From Bacteroidales bacterium (GTDB lineage Bacteria > Bacteroidota > Bacteroidia > Bacteroidales > UBA4181): DNA of 57,981 nucleotides. Shown here one piece after another: positions 1 through 9,928 of the stretch; position 1 is the stretch's first letter, and each line of letters begins with the position of its first letter. Both the position numbers and the translations under genes were made by a program. The stretch covers positions 1 to 57,981 of the forward strand of contig JAVBNP010000037.1 in assembly GCA_031551455.1 (NCBI GenBank), written 5' to 3'. Under the pieces are notes generated by a model. The model saw nothing but the letters and a program-made list of their open reading frames with translations, was not told the DNA's origin and made no database searches.

Positions 1-1
1 T

Positions 2-379
2 CTCGGCACGATGCTGCAAGGCCCTACTGTCGGTATCAGCATTCCCTTGTGGGAAAACAAAAACACGATCAAGCAGGCAAAAGCGCAAACAGCAGCGTGG
101 CAAAATATCGAAGCCGACACGCGCATACAGTTGCATAACCGCCTGAAAACACAATACGATAAGGCTGTTTCGTTGCAAACGATGGCCGAAGATTATCGTA
201 AGGTGTTGCAAACAACAAATAATGCGGATTTACTCAAGAAGGCGCTCGATTTGGGGCAGTTGTCGCTCATTAATTATATCATGGAGTTAAGTATTTATTA
301 CGAAGCAACGGATAATGTGTTGCAAGCCGAACGCGATGCTTGGTTGGCGATGTTGGAATTGCGGATTCGGGAGAAATAA
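2..379 (+). CDS. TolC/OEP-family outer-membrane efflux protein, C-terminal fragment (5' end lies outside the window)
   Basis: The frame is open to the window edge. The helical C-terminal repeat (…QAKAQTAAWQNIEADTRIQLHNRL…QAERDAWLAMLEL) is typical of outer-membrane efflux proteins. TAA stop at 377-379. Confidence 0.5.
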   Translation, partial: LGTMLQGPTVGISIPLWENKNTIKQAKAQTAAWQNIEADTRIQLHNRLKTQYDKAVSLQTMAEDYRKVLQTTNNADLLKKALDLGQLSLINYIMELSIYYEATDNVLQAERDAWLAMLELRIREK

Positions 380-668
380 AAAATTACTTCTTGCAGAAGT
401 GCTGGTTTTAAGGCATTAGCTTGCAAACATTGTTTAGACAGAAAATGAAAAGTCGATATGTCACTGTGTATAGACCTTTTTGTGTTTATATTGGTAATTC
501 AAAATCAAAGCGAAGGCTTTTATGTTCATACTTCTGCAATAAACGAAAAAGTATGATGTATTTTTATTACGTTTGCTTCCCGATTTAAGGGGTGGAAAAT
601 ACATCCGAAAACAACGTAAATAACACTTACGGCCGTGGGGAAAGCGGTTATTTGAAGCATTGCATGCC

Positions 669-1400
669 ATGAGAAATACCTTTCTTGCAATCATGTTGTT
701 TTTGTCGACATCCGTTCATGCCGGCGATAAATGTGATTTTTCGTTGGGTGCCGATTTTGTCAGTTCATACATTTGGCGCGGATCAATACTTGCGGGAACG
801 AGCATTCAACCAACCATGGGATTCGGTATCGGCGGATTTTCGATCGGAGCATGGGGAAGCGTCGATATTGCGGATAACGGCTTTAAGGAAGTCGATTTGA
901 CGGCAAGTTATTCCATGGGGAACTTTACGATCGGCCTTTTCGATTACTGGGTCGGCGGAGAAGGGGCTTACAACTATTTTGATTATTCGGATTCGGCCGC
1001 ACATTCGTTGGATGTCAATTTGTTGTATACATTCGACGCTTTTCCGCTGATGCTCGGGTGGAGTACGATTGTTGCGGGGAATGATATGTATGTAAAAAAT
1101 AACGGAGAATTGAAAAGGGCATTTTCGACTTACGTCGAGGCGTCTTATGTTTTTCGGGTGAAAGAGATAACCCTTGAAACGGCCGTTGGTGCAAGTCTTT
1201 GGAACAGCAGCACTTTATATACGGGTTACGAAAAAGACGGTCGTTGGCACGGAACCGATGGATTTGCGGTAGTCAATACGGCATTGAAAGCGTCTAAAGA
1301 TATTAAAATAACCGATCGGTATTCGTTGACCCTTTTTGGTCAATTAATATTCAACCCCGCAAAGGAAGATATCTTTTTCGTGTTCGGGATCGGATTCTGA
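669..1400 (+). CDS. Secreted beta-barrel protein, TorF/Gcw_chp-like putative porin
   Basis: ATG at 669 gives the signal peptide MRNTFLAIMLFLSTSVHA. The sequence has an alternating-hydrophobic strand pattern, the motif SSYIWRGS and a C-terminal aromatic (…FVFGIGF). Confidence 0.45.
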   Translation: MRNTFLAIMLFLSTSVHAGDKCDFSLGADFVSSYIWRGSILAGTSIQPTMGFGIGGFSIGAWGSVDIADNGFKEVDLTASYSMGNFTIGLFDYWVGGEGAYNYFDYSDSAAHSLDVNLLYTFDAFPLMLGWSTIVAGNDMYVKNNGELKRAFSTYVEASYVFRVKEITLETAVGASLWNSSTLYTGYEKDGRWHGTDGFAVVNTALKASKDIKITDRYSLTLFGQLIFNPAKEDIFFVFGIGF

Positions 1401-1550
1401 TTTCGAGATTCACAAAATGAAAATTCATTCCGGTCAAAAGTAAATTTTGCAAATAAATCGATTTAGGGTTTAATCTTGGCCGGGCTTTTTCGTCCTTTAT
1501 AACTCGAGTATGTGTAAAACAGGCGATAATTGCCTATCTTTGTTGCCCGA

Positions 1551-2288
1551 ATGAAACAATTTCAATATGATTTTGGGGTGGTTGTGCCGATGGCAAACGA
1601 GTCGGCGGAGTTTGACGAATTTACTCGAAAAATTTGCGAGACACTTGATTTCTTGCAGAGCGGGATTGTATATTTTGTTGTAGATACTGCGAGTAAATAT
1701 AATACGCTTGAATTATGTCGTCAATTATCGGAAAACGACAATAGGTTTGTAACCATTTGGGCTCCGGAAAATAAAAACGTGGTGGATGCATATATTCGGG
1801 GATACAAAGAAGCTTATGCCCGAGGACACTCCATCATCATTGAAATGGATGCCGGGCTTTCTCATGATCCCGCGGCACTTCCCGGGTTTTTGCGTGTTCT
1901 TAACGAAGGTAACGAATGCGCTTTCGGAAGTCGATTTATTAACGGCGGTTCCATTTGGCAATCATCTTTTATGCGTACCTTTTTGTCAAGAATGGGAACC
2001 ATTTTATCCAATCTTCTACTGGGCACCAAATTGAAAGACATGACTTCCGGATATCAGGGATTTCACGCGGATGTTGTTGGGGATTTGCTCCATTACAAAT
2101 TGTTGTCCGAAGCACATTTTTATCAAACGGAGGTACGCTATTTGATGCGAAAACGCCGCATGATCGAAGTCCCCATACATTATCGTGCTCCTTCGCCGAG
2201 TGTATCGCGAAAAGCCATATTCAATTCTATTATCGTATTGTCGCGTTATTTTTTTCGAAGAATAACATTTCAACAAAAAACAATTTAA
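1551..2288 (+). CDS. Family-2 glycosyltransferase, polyprenol-phosphate sugar synthase-like (Dpm1/ArnC type)
   Basis: GT-A signatures VVVPMANE, VVDTASKYNT and IIEMDAGLSHDP. ATG at 1551 is preferred over TTG at 1530. Confidence 0.7.
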   Translation: MKQFQYDFGVVVPMANESAEFDEFTRKICETLDFLQSGIVYFVVDTASKYNTLELCRQLSENDNRFVTIWAPENKNVVDAYIRGYKEAYARGHSIIIEMDAGLSHDPAALPGFLRVLNEGNECAFGSRFINGGSIWQSSFMRTFLSRMGTILSNLLLGTKLKDMTSGYQGFHADVVGDLLHYKLLSEAHFYQTEVRYLMRKRRMIEVPIHYRAPSPSVSRKAIFNSIIVLSRYFFRRITFQQKTI

Positions 2289-2306
2289 TAATTACACTTT
2301 TCCGCT

Positions 2307-3320
2307 GTGTCGCAGATCGTTAAAAAGTCACTTGTCATCACATCAATCGCGGGATCAGACAACAATGTATTGCAAGATTATGCAAAAAAAAGCATGGAGC
2401 ATAAAGTGCATTTGATTGTTGTCGGGGATGCAAAATCACCCGATGATTTCAATTTAAACGGGTGCGATTTTTATTCTTTGTCGCGTCAACATGAGTCGGG
2501 TTTTTCGTCGTCCCGACTTTTACCCGAAAACCATTATTCACGGAAAAATATTGGTTATTTGGCGGCTATACAACAAGGAACAACGGTACTTACGGAAACC
2601 GATGACGATAATTATGCTGCCGACGGTTTTTGGAATTATCGTCCCGGCGAAATAGAAGCGGAACTTTACGAGAATTGCGGGTGGCTCAATATCTATCGTT
2701 TTTTTTCCGAGCAACATGTTTGGCCGAGAGGATTCCCCTTGTCTTACATATCACAACCCGATAACTTTATTTCCGGAAAATCTCACTTATGCTTTTGCCC
2801 GATACAACAGGGTTTAGCCGATATAAATCCGGATGTGGATGCCGTATTTCGTTTGGTATCGCCGCAGCCCGTTGTTTTTGAAAAGCGTTCGGAAATTGCC
2901 ATCGGCAGCGGGACATGGTGTCCGTTTAATAGTCAAAATACCGTTTGGTTTCCCGAAGCTTTTCCGTTGCTTTATCTTCCGTCATTTTGCAGTTTTCGAA
3001 TGACGGACATCTGGCGTAGTTTGGTTGCTCAAAGAATATGTTGGGAAAATCGATGGAAAATACTTTTTCATGAGCCTACGGTGTGGCAGGAACGCAATAA
3101 ACACGATTTAATGTGCGATTTTCGAGATGAATTGCCGGGTTACCTCAACAATGCCGAAATTGTCGAGCGGCTCGCCAAATTATCATTATATGCAGGCCCC
3201 GAACACATTGCCGAAAACATGCTGCTGTGTTATCAAATTTTTATCGATATGAAACTGATTGATAAAAAAGAGCTTGTGTTGATGGATGCGTGGTTTCGTG
3301 ATCTCTGTAAACTCAGATGA
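2307..3320 (+). CDS. Putative glycosyltransferase, STELLO/DUF288-like
   Basis: 337-aa ORF with a GTG start, 19 nt after the GT2 stop. It has LVITSIAG…VVGD and the acidic TETDDDNY motif. The family assignment is from memory of the motif pattern. Confidence 0.4.
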   Translation: MSQIVKKSLVITSIAGSDNNVLQDYAKKSMEHKVHLIVVGDAKSPDDFNLNGCDFYSLSRQHESGFSSSRLLPENHYSRKNIGYLAAIQQGTTVLTETDDDNYAADGFWNYRPGEIEAELYENCGWLNIYRFFSEQHVWPRGFPLSYISQPDNFISGKSHLCFCPIQQGLADINPDVDAVFRLVSPQPVVFEKRSEIAIGSGTWCPFNSQNTVWFPEAFPLLYLPSFCSFRMTDIWRSLVAQRICWENRWKILFHEPTVWQERNKHDLMCDFRDELPGYLNNAEIVERLAKLSLYAGPEHIAENMLLCYQIFIDMKLIDKKELVLMDAWFRDLCKLR

Positions 3321-3343
3321 CATATTCGAAAAACCGGAATGCA

Positions 3344-5245
3344 TCATTGCTCGCCGGTTAATTGCGTAATTGTTCGCATCACCCGATTCGCTTCGGCCCC
3401 ATTGTTGGTTTGGTTATGAAAATCGACCAATATTCGAAAATATTGTGCCATTTGTTGATTGGAAGTTCTGCTTGTAAAAATAGCGGGATTTTCGGCGTAT
3501 ACCGCATACATTTGCCGCAACAATCGGTATAATTGATCGTACTGTTGCACGTTCATATATTGTTGTGTCAATAAGAAGTATGCCGGTGCATATCCGTGAA
3601 ATTTTGAAGTTAGATGTTCCAACAGCGCTGTACCTTCATCGGCTCTTTCCGGGATCGGTAACAAATCTTTTGCGTAATTGTAGGCCATTCGCGGATCGTT
3701 CGGGTGTCGGAGATATGCTTTCTTTCCCCACTCGAGCGCTTCTTTTTGCAGGCCGTTGGCCGAAAAGGCTGCCGCAAGCAACGCTTCGTTGTTGAACGAT
3801 TTTTTGTAGTAATTGGCAGGATCTTTTTCCACGGCTGCCTCAAACCACTTGATGGATTGATCGCCGGTGTTGGTGGCAATCCACATTGAGGTGTGCAATA
3901 CAAAGAATACGGCAACAAGAGTAACAGCGTATTTAATGTGTTGTTGCGGCAGATATTTGTTTCGATACAAATACAGCAACATGTAAATATTCATGCCGTT
4001 GTACACGACTGCTCCGAATGCGAAAATATCCCAATCGCCGCTTCCTCTCACTCCGTTAAATACGAACAGCATGACGATAAAGCACACGGACGCAAGCATA
4101 AAGAACCACAAAGTTGCGTCAAATTTTATTTTTTTCCGCAAAGCGTATATCATCAGAACAAACCATAAGAAAAATCCCGGGCCCGAGGCCAATAATTGAG
4201 AGTTGATGAACTCCTTGAAATGCGCCGTCGAAAACATGGTCAGCAAACCGACATCGCCCGGATCGATCGGGTACATCATTTTCACAGCAACTTTCGTATA
4301 ACCGATATAGGCAACAGGAAGTGCTAAAAGTCCCAACAACAGGAATGTATTTCGTTTTCTGAAAATCGGATATTTCCACAACACTCGTCCGTAAAATAAA
4401 AACAAATAAGCCGGCAGCAAACATATCATCATCGCATGAACGGCTGTTGCCGCCGCAAGAACAATAAAAGGAATCGATATATGGCACTTGCCGTGCAAAT
4501 GCAGTATGCATGCGTACAGGTAGATCTGCAACAGAAAAAAAGCCGGAGAATACACGTCGGTATATCCGAAGAATACCAATAATAAACCCAACGACAAAGT
4601 GGCACAGACAAAATACGCCGTTTTTTGCAGAAAAGTTTTGCCCGCAATATCAGCGGTCAGCAATGCAAAAAAGATGGTAAAGGCTCCCAACACGTAATCG
4701 CACAAACGAATGGTGTCCACACCCGAAAAGCCGAATTTGCCATGTAACAATATGTACAGTTTGTTCAACAAATACATGGTCAGAAATTCATTCTCGATCA
4801 TTTCTCCGGCTTCTATCTGTTTGGCGCGGATATCCATATCGCCCAACAGGATATACTTAACTTGAAAATAATAAAAAAGAAATCCCGCAAGACCGGCGAG
4901 AAGAATGAAGAAAAGTATTCTGTAACGCGAAACGATGTTACGAAACGATAAGCGCGACATACGAACAATAAAATTTTGTATCGCGACATTGACGGGCGGA
5001 ATGCACACGGCGATCATGCATCCGTAAAACAACGCAATCACCGGAAGATCGAAAAAACGGATGTAGTTGACCCCCCAACTTCGAACGACGTCCGGAGAAA
5101 AAGCCAGGATAAAATGGAACAAAACGAACCCGAGTCCCGACAATAAAATCGGATAAGAAAACATGCTCGTGTTTTCCTTGATTGTAACGGCTTTCTTGTT
5201 TTCGTAACGAATGTTTTTACCTTTTTTCTCTTTCCGGCGGCTCAT
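3344..5245 (-). CDS. Polytopic membrane protein with a C-terminal TPR-like soluble domain (GT-C-like architecture, function unknown)
   Basis: 633-aa ORF. A basic N-terminus is followed by many hydrophobic helices over about 450 aa, then a helical repeat region (…AYLRHPNDPRMAYNYAKDL…). Confidence 0.5.
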   Translation of the reverse strand: MSRRKEKKGKNIRYENKKAVTIKENTSMFSYPILLSGLGFVLFHFILAFSPDVVRSWGVNYIRFFDLPVIALFYGCMIAVCIPPVNVAIQNFIVRMSRLSFRNIVSRYRILFFILLAGLAGFLFYYFQVKYILLGDMDIRAKQIEAGEMIENEFLTMYLLNKLYILLHGKFGFSGVDTIRLCDYVLGAFTIFFALLTADIAGKTFLQKTAYFVCATLSLGLLLVFFGYTDVYSPAFFLLQIYLYACILHLHGKCHISIPFIVLAAATAVHAMMICLLPAYLFLFYGRVLWKYPIFRKRNTFLLLGLLALPVAYIGYTKVAVKMMYPIDPGDVGLLTMFSTAHFKEFINSQLLASGPGFFLWFVLMIYALRKKIKFDATLWFFMLASVCFIVMLFVFNGVRGSGDWDIFAFGAVVYNGMNIYMLLYLYRNKYLPQQHIKYAVTLVAVFFVLHTSMWIATNTGDQSIKWFEAAVEKDPANYYKKSFNNEALLAAAFSANGLQKEALEWGKKAYLRHPNDPRMAYNYAKDLLPIPERADEGTALLEHLTSKFHGYAPAYFLLTQQYMNVQQYDQLYRLLRQMYAVYAENPAIFTSRTSNQQMAQYFRILVDFHNQTNNGAEANRVMRTITQLTGEQ

Positions 5246-5336
5246 TTTATATTTTGACGGGAACGGGTTTTATGAAATAATATGGATTTATTCGAATTCA
5301 GTGCGGCTTTTACTCAAAAAAATGCCTGTTGCGTTG

Positions 5337-5344
5337 CAAAGGTA
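5337..5344 (-). promoter_or_regulatory. Candidate Bacteroidota -7 box (TAccTTTG) for the 3344-5245 gene
   Basis: The reverse complement of caaaggta matches the TAnnTTTG consensus, about 92 nt upstream of the ATG at 5245. Confidence 0.3.
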
Positions 5345-5437
5345 GTCGTTTTTTCGGAACAAAGTCGTAAAGGGAATTTCGGACACATTGTCAAATAAAT
5401 GACAATTTTCAGATGTTTGAGTTATTCAATTTTCCCT

Positions 5438-6247
5438 TTATTCGCCGGCAAATCGGAGGACTTCCGTAATAAACGTCTCGGGTTGTTCCGCATGCATCCA
5501 ATGTCCCGCGCCATGAATGGTAACAATTCGGGATTCGGGAAAGGCTTGTCGGATAAACGGATACATTTCGGGTCGGATATACGGAGACAATTCGCCTTTC
5601 AAAAACAACGTCGGAACAGATTCGATTCGTCGGCCTTTGTCCAATCCCAAATCATCCATACCGTTGAGGATGTGCGGCAGATTTTGCGCAAGAGCACGAA
5701 TGTTGATGCGCCATTCGTATCGATTGTTCTTGCTTCGTTGCAAATTCTTCAGCAAAAAGCGTCGGGTATCGATGTCGGGAATACTTTCGACCCAATCCCG
5801 ATCGATATCTTCCCGTTTGACATATAACGTTAAATCCGTGTGAAGCAATGCATCTGCAATATTCAAGTGCTCCACGGCAAGCGGCGAATGATTCGATAAA
5901 GAAGAATAATTGATCGGAGCAATGTCGGTAACAATCAATTTCGATATGCGTTCGGGCGCCGATGCAGCCATGTGCACGGCAACCTTTCCGCCCATGGAAT
6001 GTCCGAGCACGATACATCGGTCCGTCCCGATTTCATCCATCAAGCCGAATATATCGTCGCGCATGGCCGGGTAAGTATGTACGGGATCGTGCGGTGATCT
6101 GCCGTGATTACGCAAATCGGGGATAAAAAGTTCGTAATGTTCCGACAATTCGCGGGCAACGGTTAACCAATTATCCGAACTTCCGTACAAGCCGTGCAAA
6201 ATAATCATCGGAGCGCCTTGCCCCATTCTGCGGAAAAAAAGATGCAT
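5438..6247 (-). CDS. Alpha/beta-fold hydrolase (YbfF-like esterase)
   Basis: ILHGLYGS oxyanion region, nucleophile elbow GHSMGG and C-terminal GAGHWMH. Confidence 0.8.
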   Translation of the reverse strand: MHLFFRRMGQGAPMIILHGLYGSSDNWLTVARELSEHYELFIPDLRNHGRSPHDPVHTYPAMRDDIFGLMDEIGTDRCIVLGHSMGGKVAVHMAASAPERISKLIVTDIAPINYSSLSNHSPLAVEHLNIADALLHTDLTLYVKREDIDRDWVESIPDIDTRRFLLKNLQRSKNNRYEWRINIRALAQNLPHILNGMDDLGLDKGRRIESVPTLFLKGELSPYIRPEMYPFIRQAFPESRIVTIHGAGHWMHAEQPETFITEVLRFAGE

Positions 6248-6436
6248 CTTAATGTTTATCTGAATTCAAAATCGAAAATGTGATATTATTTTCTTTCATG
6301 TAACACAAATGCAAAAGTAGATGTTTTGTCGGAGAAATGGCCGCGGGATTTATCCCGAATCCCGAAAAACGGTTTTAAGTCGATTGTCGAGACGCAACAA
6401 TCACATGCATTTACCCGTACGAAAAAAATAAATGTA

Positions 6437-6444
6437 TACCTTTG
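6437..6444 (+). promoter_or_regulatory. Candidate -7 box (TAccTTTG) upstream of coaD
   Basis: Exact TAnnTTTG match, 68 nt upstream of the ATG at 6512. Confidence 0.3.
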
Positions 6445-6511
6445 TCGCCTTGTTCGGAATCCGAGTGTTTTTTCGGTTGAACATGTAATGATTTATGATT
6501 ATTTTTCGATA

Positions 6512-6988
6512 ATGAATCAAATCGCAGTTTTTCCGGGTTCTTTCGACCCGTTTACTTTAGGCCACGAATCGATTGTGATGAGGGCGCTTAACCTGTTCGA
6601 TAAAATTATTATCGGCATTGGTTCCAACACCAATAAAACGGCCTTTTTTACCGCCGAACAGCGGTTGCAAATGATCCGGGAATTGTTTGCCGGGAACGAC
6701 AAGGTGGAAGCGTTGTATTACGATGATTTGACCACCGAATTTTGTAAGCGGGTGGGAGCGCGTTATATGCTCCGCGGATTGCGTACGTCTTCCGATTTCG
6801 AGTACGAAAAAGTTATTGCACAGGTCAATCAAGACATGTTGCCCGAAGTGGAATCCATTTTTATGGTATCGCTTCCGGAACACACAGCCATTAATTCGTC
6901 CGTTGTTCGCGAAATCATGCGATATGGTGGCGATGTTTCGAAGTTTGTGCCCTCGGGAATCAATCTTCATAAATATTTGATACCTTGA
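6512..6988 (+). CDS. coaD: Pantetheine-phosphate adenylyltransferase
   Basis: MNQIAVFPGSFDPFTLGHESIV (nucleotidyltransferase H/TxGH motif), about 158 aa. The upstream part of the 6326 ORF shows no homology-like features and was trimmed. Confidence 0.9.
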   Translation: MNQIAVFPGSFDPFTLGHESIVMRALNLFDKIIIGIGSNTNKTAFFTAEQRLQMIRELFAGNDKVEALYYDDLTTEFCKRVGARYMLRGLRTSSDFEYEKVIAQVNQDMLPEVESIFMVSLPEHTAINSSVVREIMRYGGDVSKFVPSGINLHKYLIP

Positions 6989-7053
6989 CGGAATTATCTG
7001 CCGGATTGAAATCATTTACGCAATTCGGGCCGTGCCCGATAAACCTTTGAAAG

Positions 7054-8304
7054 ATGTCGTTACTTTCGGATTTTCAACTTGAAATAGAACAAGCATATAC
7101 ACATTTGTCCGACGTTATTGTTCGGACGCCGTTGCAATTAAATCGGAACCTTTCGGGTCTATATGGCGCCGAGATTTATTTGAAACGGGAAGATTTACAG
7201 GAAGTGCGATCATATAAATTGCGCGGCGCTTACAACATGATCAGTCGACTGTCGCCCGAGGATCGGCAACGTGGAGTGGTATGTGCCAGCGCGGGGAATC
7301 ATGCACAAGGATTTGCGTATAGTTGCCGTAAACTCAATATACGCGGTATCGTGTTTATGCCCAAGGTGACGCCGCGTCAGAAAATACGGCAAACCAAACA
7401 CTTCGGGGCAGATAACGTGATTATTCGCTTAACGGGCGACACATTTGACGATTGCGCCGCCGAAGCGAAAGAATATGCCGAGACACACGGCATGACGTTT
7501 ATTCCCCCGTTCGATAATTCGAGAATCATTGAAGGGCAAGGAACCATTGCCGTCGAATTATTAAAGGACTTACCGAACATCGATTATGTATTTATCCCGA
7601 TCGGCGGCGGCGGATTATGTGCCGGCGTGGGAGCATATTTTAAAGATCGATCGCCGGCAACCCGTATCATCGGAATCGAACCCGAGGGGGCGGCATCCAT
7701 GAAAGCCGCTTTCGCGGCGGGTGGTCCCGTGACACTTGATAACATCGATCGTTTTATTGACGGTGCAGCCGTGAAACGTGTCGGCGATCTTACCTATCCG
7801 ATTTGTCGGGCGGTGATCGACGATATTTGTACGGTGCCCGAAGGGAAAGTTTGTTCGACCATATTAAAACTTTACAACGAGGATGCCATTGTGGTCGAGC
7901 CCGCTGGGGCATTATCCGTGGCCGCATTGGACGAGTATGCCGATGTGATTAAGGGCAAAAAAGTTGCTTGTATCGTCAGCGGAAGCAACAACGATATTGA
8001 CCGTATGCAGGAAATCAAAGAACGTTCGCTGCAATTCGAACGATTGAAACATTATTTTCTGATTCGGTTTGCGCAACGACCCGGAGCGTTGAAAGACTTT
8101 GTTAATAAGGTATTGGGTCCCAACGACGATATTATTCGTTTCGAATACATGAAAAAAACCGATAAGGAAGGCGGTCCCGCTTTGGTCGGCATCGAATTGA
8201 ATTCGGCCGATGATTACGACACTTTGATTCGGCGGATGAAAGAGTATCAATTTGACTTTAAGGTATTGAACAAAGACGACACTTTGTTTGCTTACATCGT
8301 ATAA
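7054..8304 (+). CDS. ilvA: Threonine ammonia-lyase (threonine dehydratase), short form with one ACT-like domain
   Basis: PLP-lysine motif SYKLRGAYN, SAGNHAQG, glycine loop GGGGL and a C-terminal regulatory domain. Confidence 0.9.
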   Translation: MSLLSDFQLEIEQAYTHLSDVIVRTPLQLNRNLSGLYGAEIYLKREDLQEVRSYKLRGAYNMISRLSPEDRQRGVVCASAGNHAQGFAYSCRKLNIRGIVFMPKVTPRQKIRQTKHFGADNVIIRLTGDTFDDCAAEAKEYAETHGMTFIPPFDNSRIIEGQGTIAVELLKDLPNIDYVFIPIGGGGLCAGVGAYFKDRSPATRIIGIEPEGAASMKAAFAAGGPVTLDNIDRFIDGAAVKRVGDLTYPICRAVIDDICTVPEGKVCSTILKLYNEDAIVVEPAGALSVAALDEYADVIKGKKVACIVSGSNNDIDRMQEIKERSLQFERLKHYFLIRFAQRPGALKDFVNKVLGPNDDIIRFEYMKKTDKEGGPALVGIELNSADDYDTLIRRMKEYQFDFKVLNKDDTLFAYIV

Positions 8305-8312
8305 TTGCCGAA

Positions 8313-9824
8313 ATGCGTACCATCCTTGTTTTTGTCTTGATTTTATTTCCGTTGCGCATAGGCGCGCAACAGGTTACCGTATCGGGAAATGCCCCCGATT
8401 ACGCGGGATGCGTTTTAACGTTTTTTGTCGAGGATAATTACATCGACCGTATCGAGGTGAAATCGGAAGAATGTACGGTGGCAGCCGACGGCAGTTTTTC
8501 CTGTACGTTTCCTTGTAAAGACACTCGTTTAATCTATCTGCATCTCGGCGTTTTCAAAGCCCGGTTTTTTGCTCAGCCTGGTTTTCGTTATGAAGTAAAA
8601 CTGCCGCCTCGTACGGACGTGACGACGGAAGAAGCTTCAAGTCCTTTTTTTGAGGAAGTAACGGTTTGGTTGACGATATTGTCGACTCGCGACAATCAAG
8701 GGAAAGCGGTTGCTTCGGAGGAAGAGTTAAACATGCGAATCATACGGTTCGATGAAGGCTTTAACCCGATGTATGATCGATTGGCCGTTGATGCCGCAAA
8801 ACGAAAAACCGTCAAAGCCGACTCTGTTGTACGAGTGCTCAAGGAAAGCATGCCCCGTACGAACGATCGCTATTTTGACGATTATGCTTTTTACCGTACG
8901 GGGTTATTGTATTTTGCAGCGCAGCAAAACGGGGTGAAGTATATTTCGAACGCCTATTTCGCAGGAAAACCCGTATTGTACGACAACGAAGCATACATGG
9001 ATCTTTTTGGCGCCACGTACGACAAGTATTTTATGTACTTCGGACGTACCAAAGAGGGAGAAATTATATATGATGCGATCAACATTCGCAAAAGTTTCTC
9101 CGAACTGAAACGATTGTTGGGGCGCGACGGCATATTGCCTTCGGATGATCTGCGCGAATTGGTAATTCTTAAAAACATTCACGACGAGTTTTATTCCGAT
9201 CGTTTTTCGAGGCACTCATTGTTGGAGTTGCTCGATTCGGCAATCGTGCAAACGCGCATCGAGCGACATAAGGAAATTGCGGGCCAAATTCGTTCGAAAA
9301 TCACCAAGCTGCTGCGCGGTTTCGCACCTCCCGAATTTTCGCTTCGCAATCAAGACGACAAACTTGTTTCCCCGGAAACGTACAAAGGAAAATATCTGTA
9401 TCTGATGTTTTGTACCACACAAAACTACGTATGTCTGAGTCAATACGAATTGTTGGAAGAATTGTACCGAACACATGGTAAATGGTTGCAAATAGCAGTG
9501 ATATCGGCTGACGAAAACTATACCGACATGTGCGATTTTCGTCGAAAAAACGGATACGAATGGGATTTTTTGCATTATGCCGGTGATCCGGATATTTTGA
9601 AAAAATACGATATACGAATTTTTCCGACCTGCTACTTAATTGATCCCGACGGAAAATTGGCGCTTTCGCCTGCACCTGCGGCCAACGACAATCTCGAACG
9701 AGCTTTATATCGCGAACTGAGCGGTAAGGGACTTTGGGACGAATATATCCGAAAAGGATTGATCGAAGACAAAAAACGAACGGACAAACGCTTCGATCTC
9801 GATTTGGGTATACCCGCAAAGTGA
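8313..9824 (+). CDS. Secreted protein with a C-terminal TlpA/AhpC-like thioredoxin fold (no canonical CXXC)
   Basis: Signal peptide MRTILVFVLILFPLRIGAQ. The C-terminal region FSLRNQDDKLVSPETYKGKYLYLMFCTTQNYVC…IFPTCYLIDPDGKL follows the redoxin-fold pattern. Confidence 0.55.
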   Translation: MRTILVFVLILFPLRIGAQQVTVSGNAPDYAGCVLTFFVEDNYIDRIEVKSEECTVAADGSFSCTFPCKDTRLIYLHLGVFKARFFAQPGFRYEVKLPPRTDVTTEEASSPFFEEVTVWLTILSTRDNQGKAVASEEELNMRIIRFDEGFNPMYDRLAVDAAKRKTVKADSVVRVLKESMPRTNDRYFDDYAFYRTGLLYFAAQQNGVKYISNAYFAGKPVLYDNEAYMDLFGATYDKYFMYFGRTKEGEIIYDAINIRKSFSELKRLLGRDGILPSDDLRELVILKNIHDEFYSDRFSRHSLLELLDSAIVQTRIERHKEIAGQIRSKITKLLRGFAPPEFSLRNQDDKLVSPETYKGKYLYLMFCTTQNYVCLSQYELLEELYRTHGKWLQIAVISADENYTDMCDFRRKNGYEWDFLHYAGDPDILKKYDIRIFPTCYLIDPDGKLALSPAPAANDNLERALYRELSGKGLWDEYIRKGLIEDKKRTDKRFDLDLGIPAK

Positions 9825-9928
9825 TTGAATATATTGCATTCCTTCGAGGAATAAAATATTTGTACCGGCAAAATATATGGATTCAATCTTGATATGTACT
9901 AACTTAGCGGTCGATAAACACCTGACTC

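Noticed and set aside
6326-6511. N-terminal extensions offered by the ORF track for coaD (6326), murI (20258), guaA (37812), the Omp85 gene (36124) and the LEA_2 lipoprotein (16482).
   Set aside because: Conserved family N-termini or signal peptides begin at internal starts (6512, 20324, 37683, 36016, 16380). The extensions are non-homologous-looking and would bury the signal peptides.
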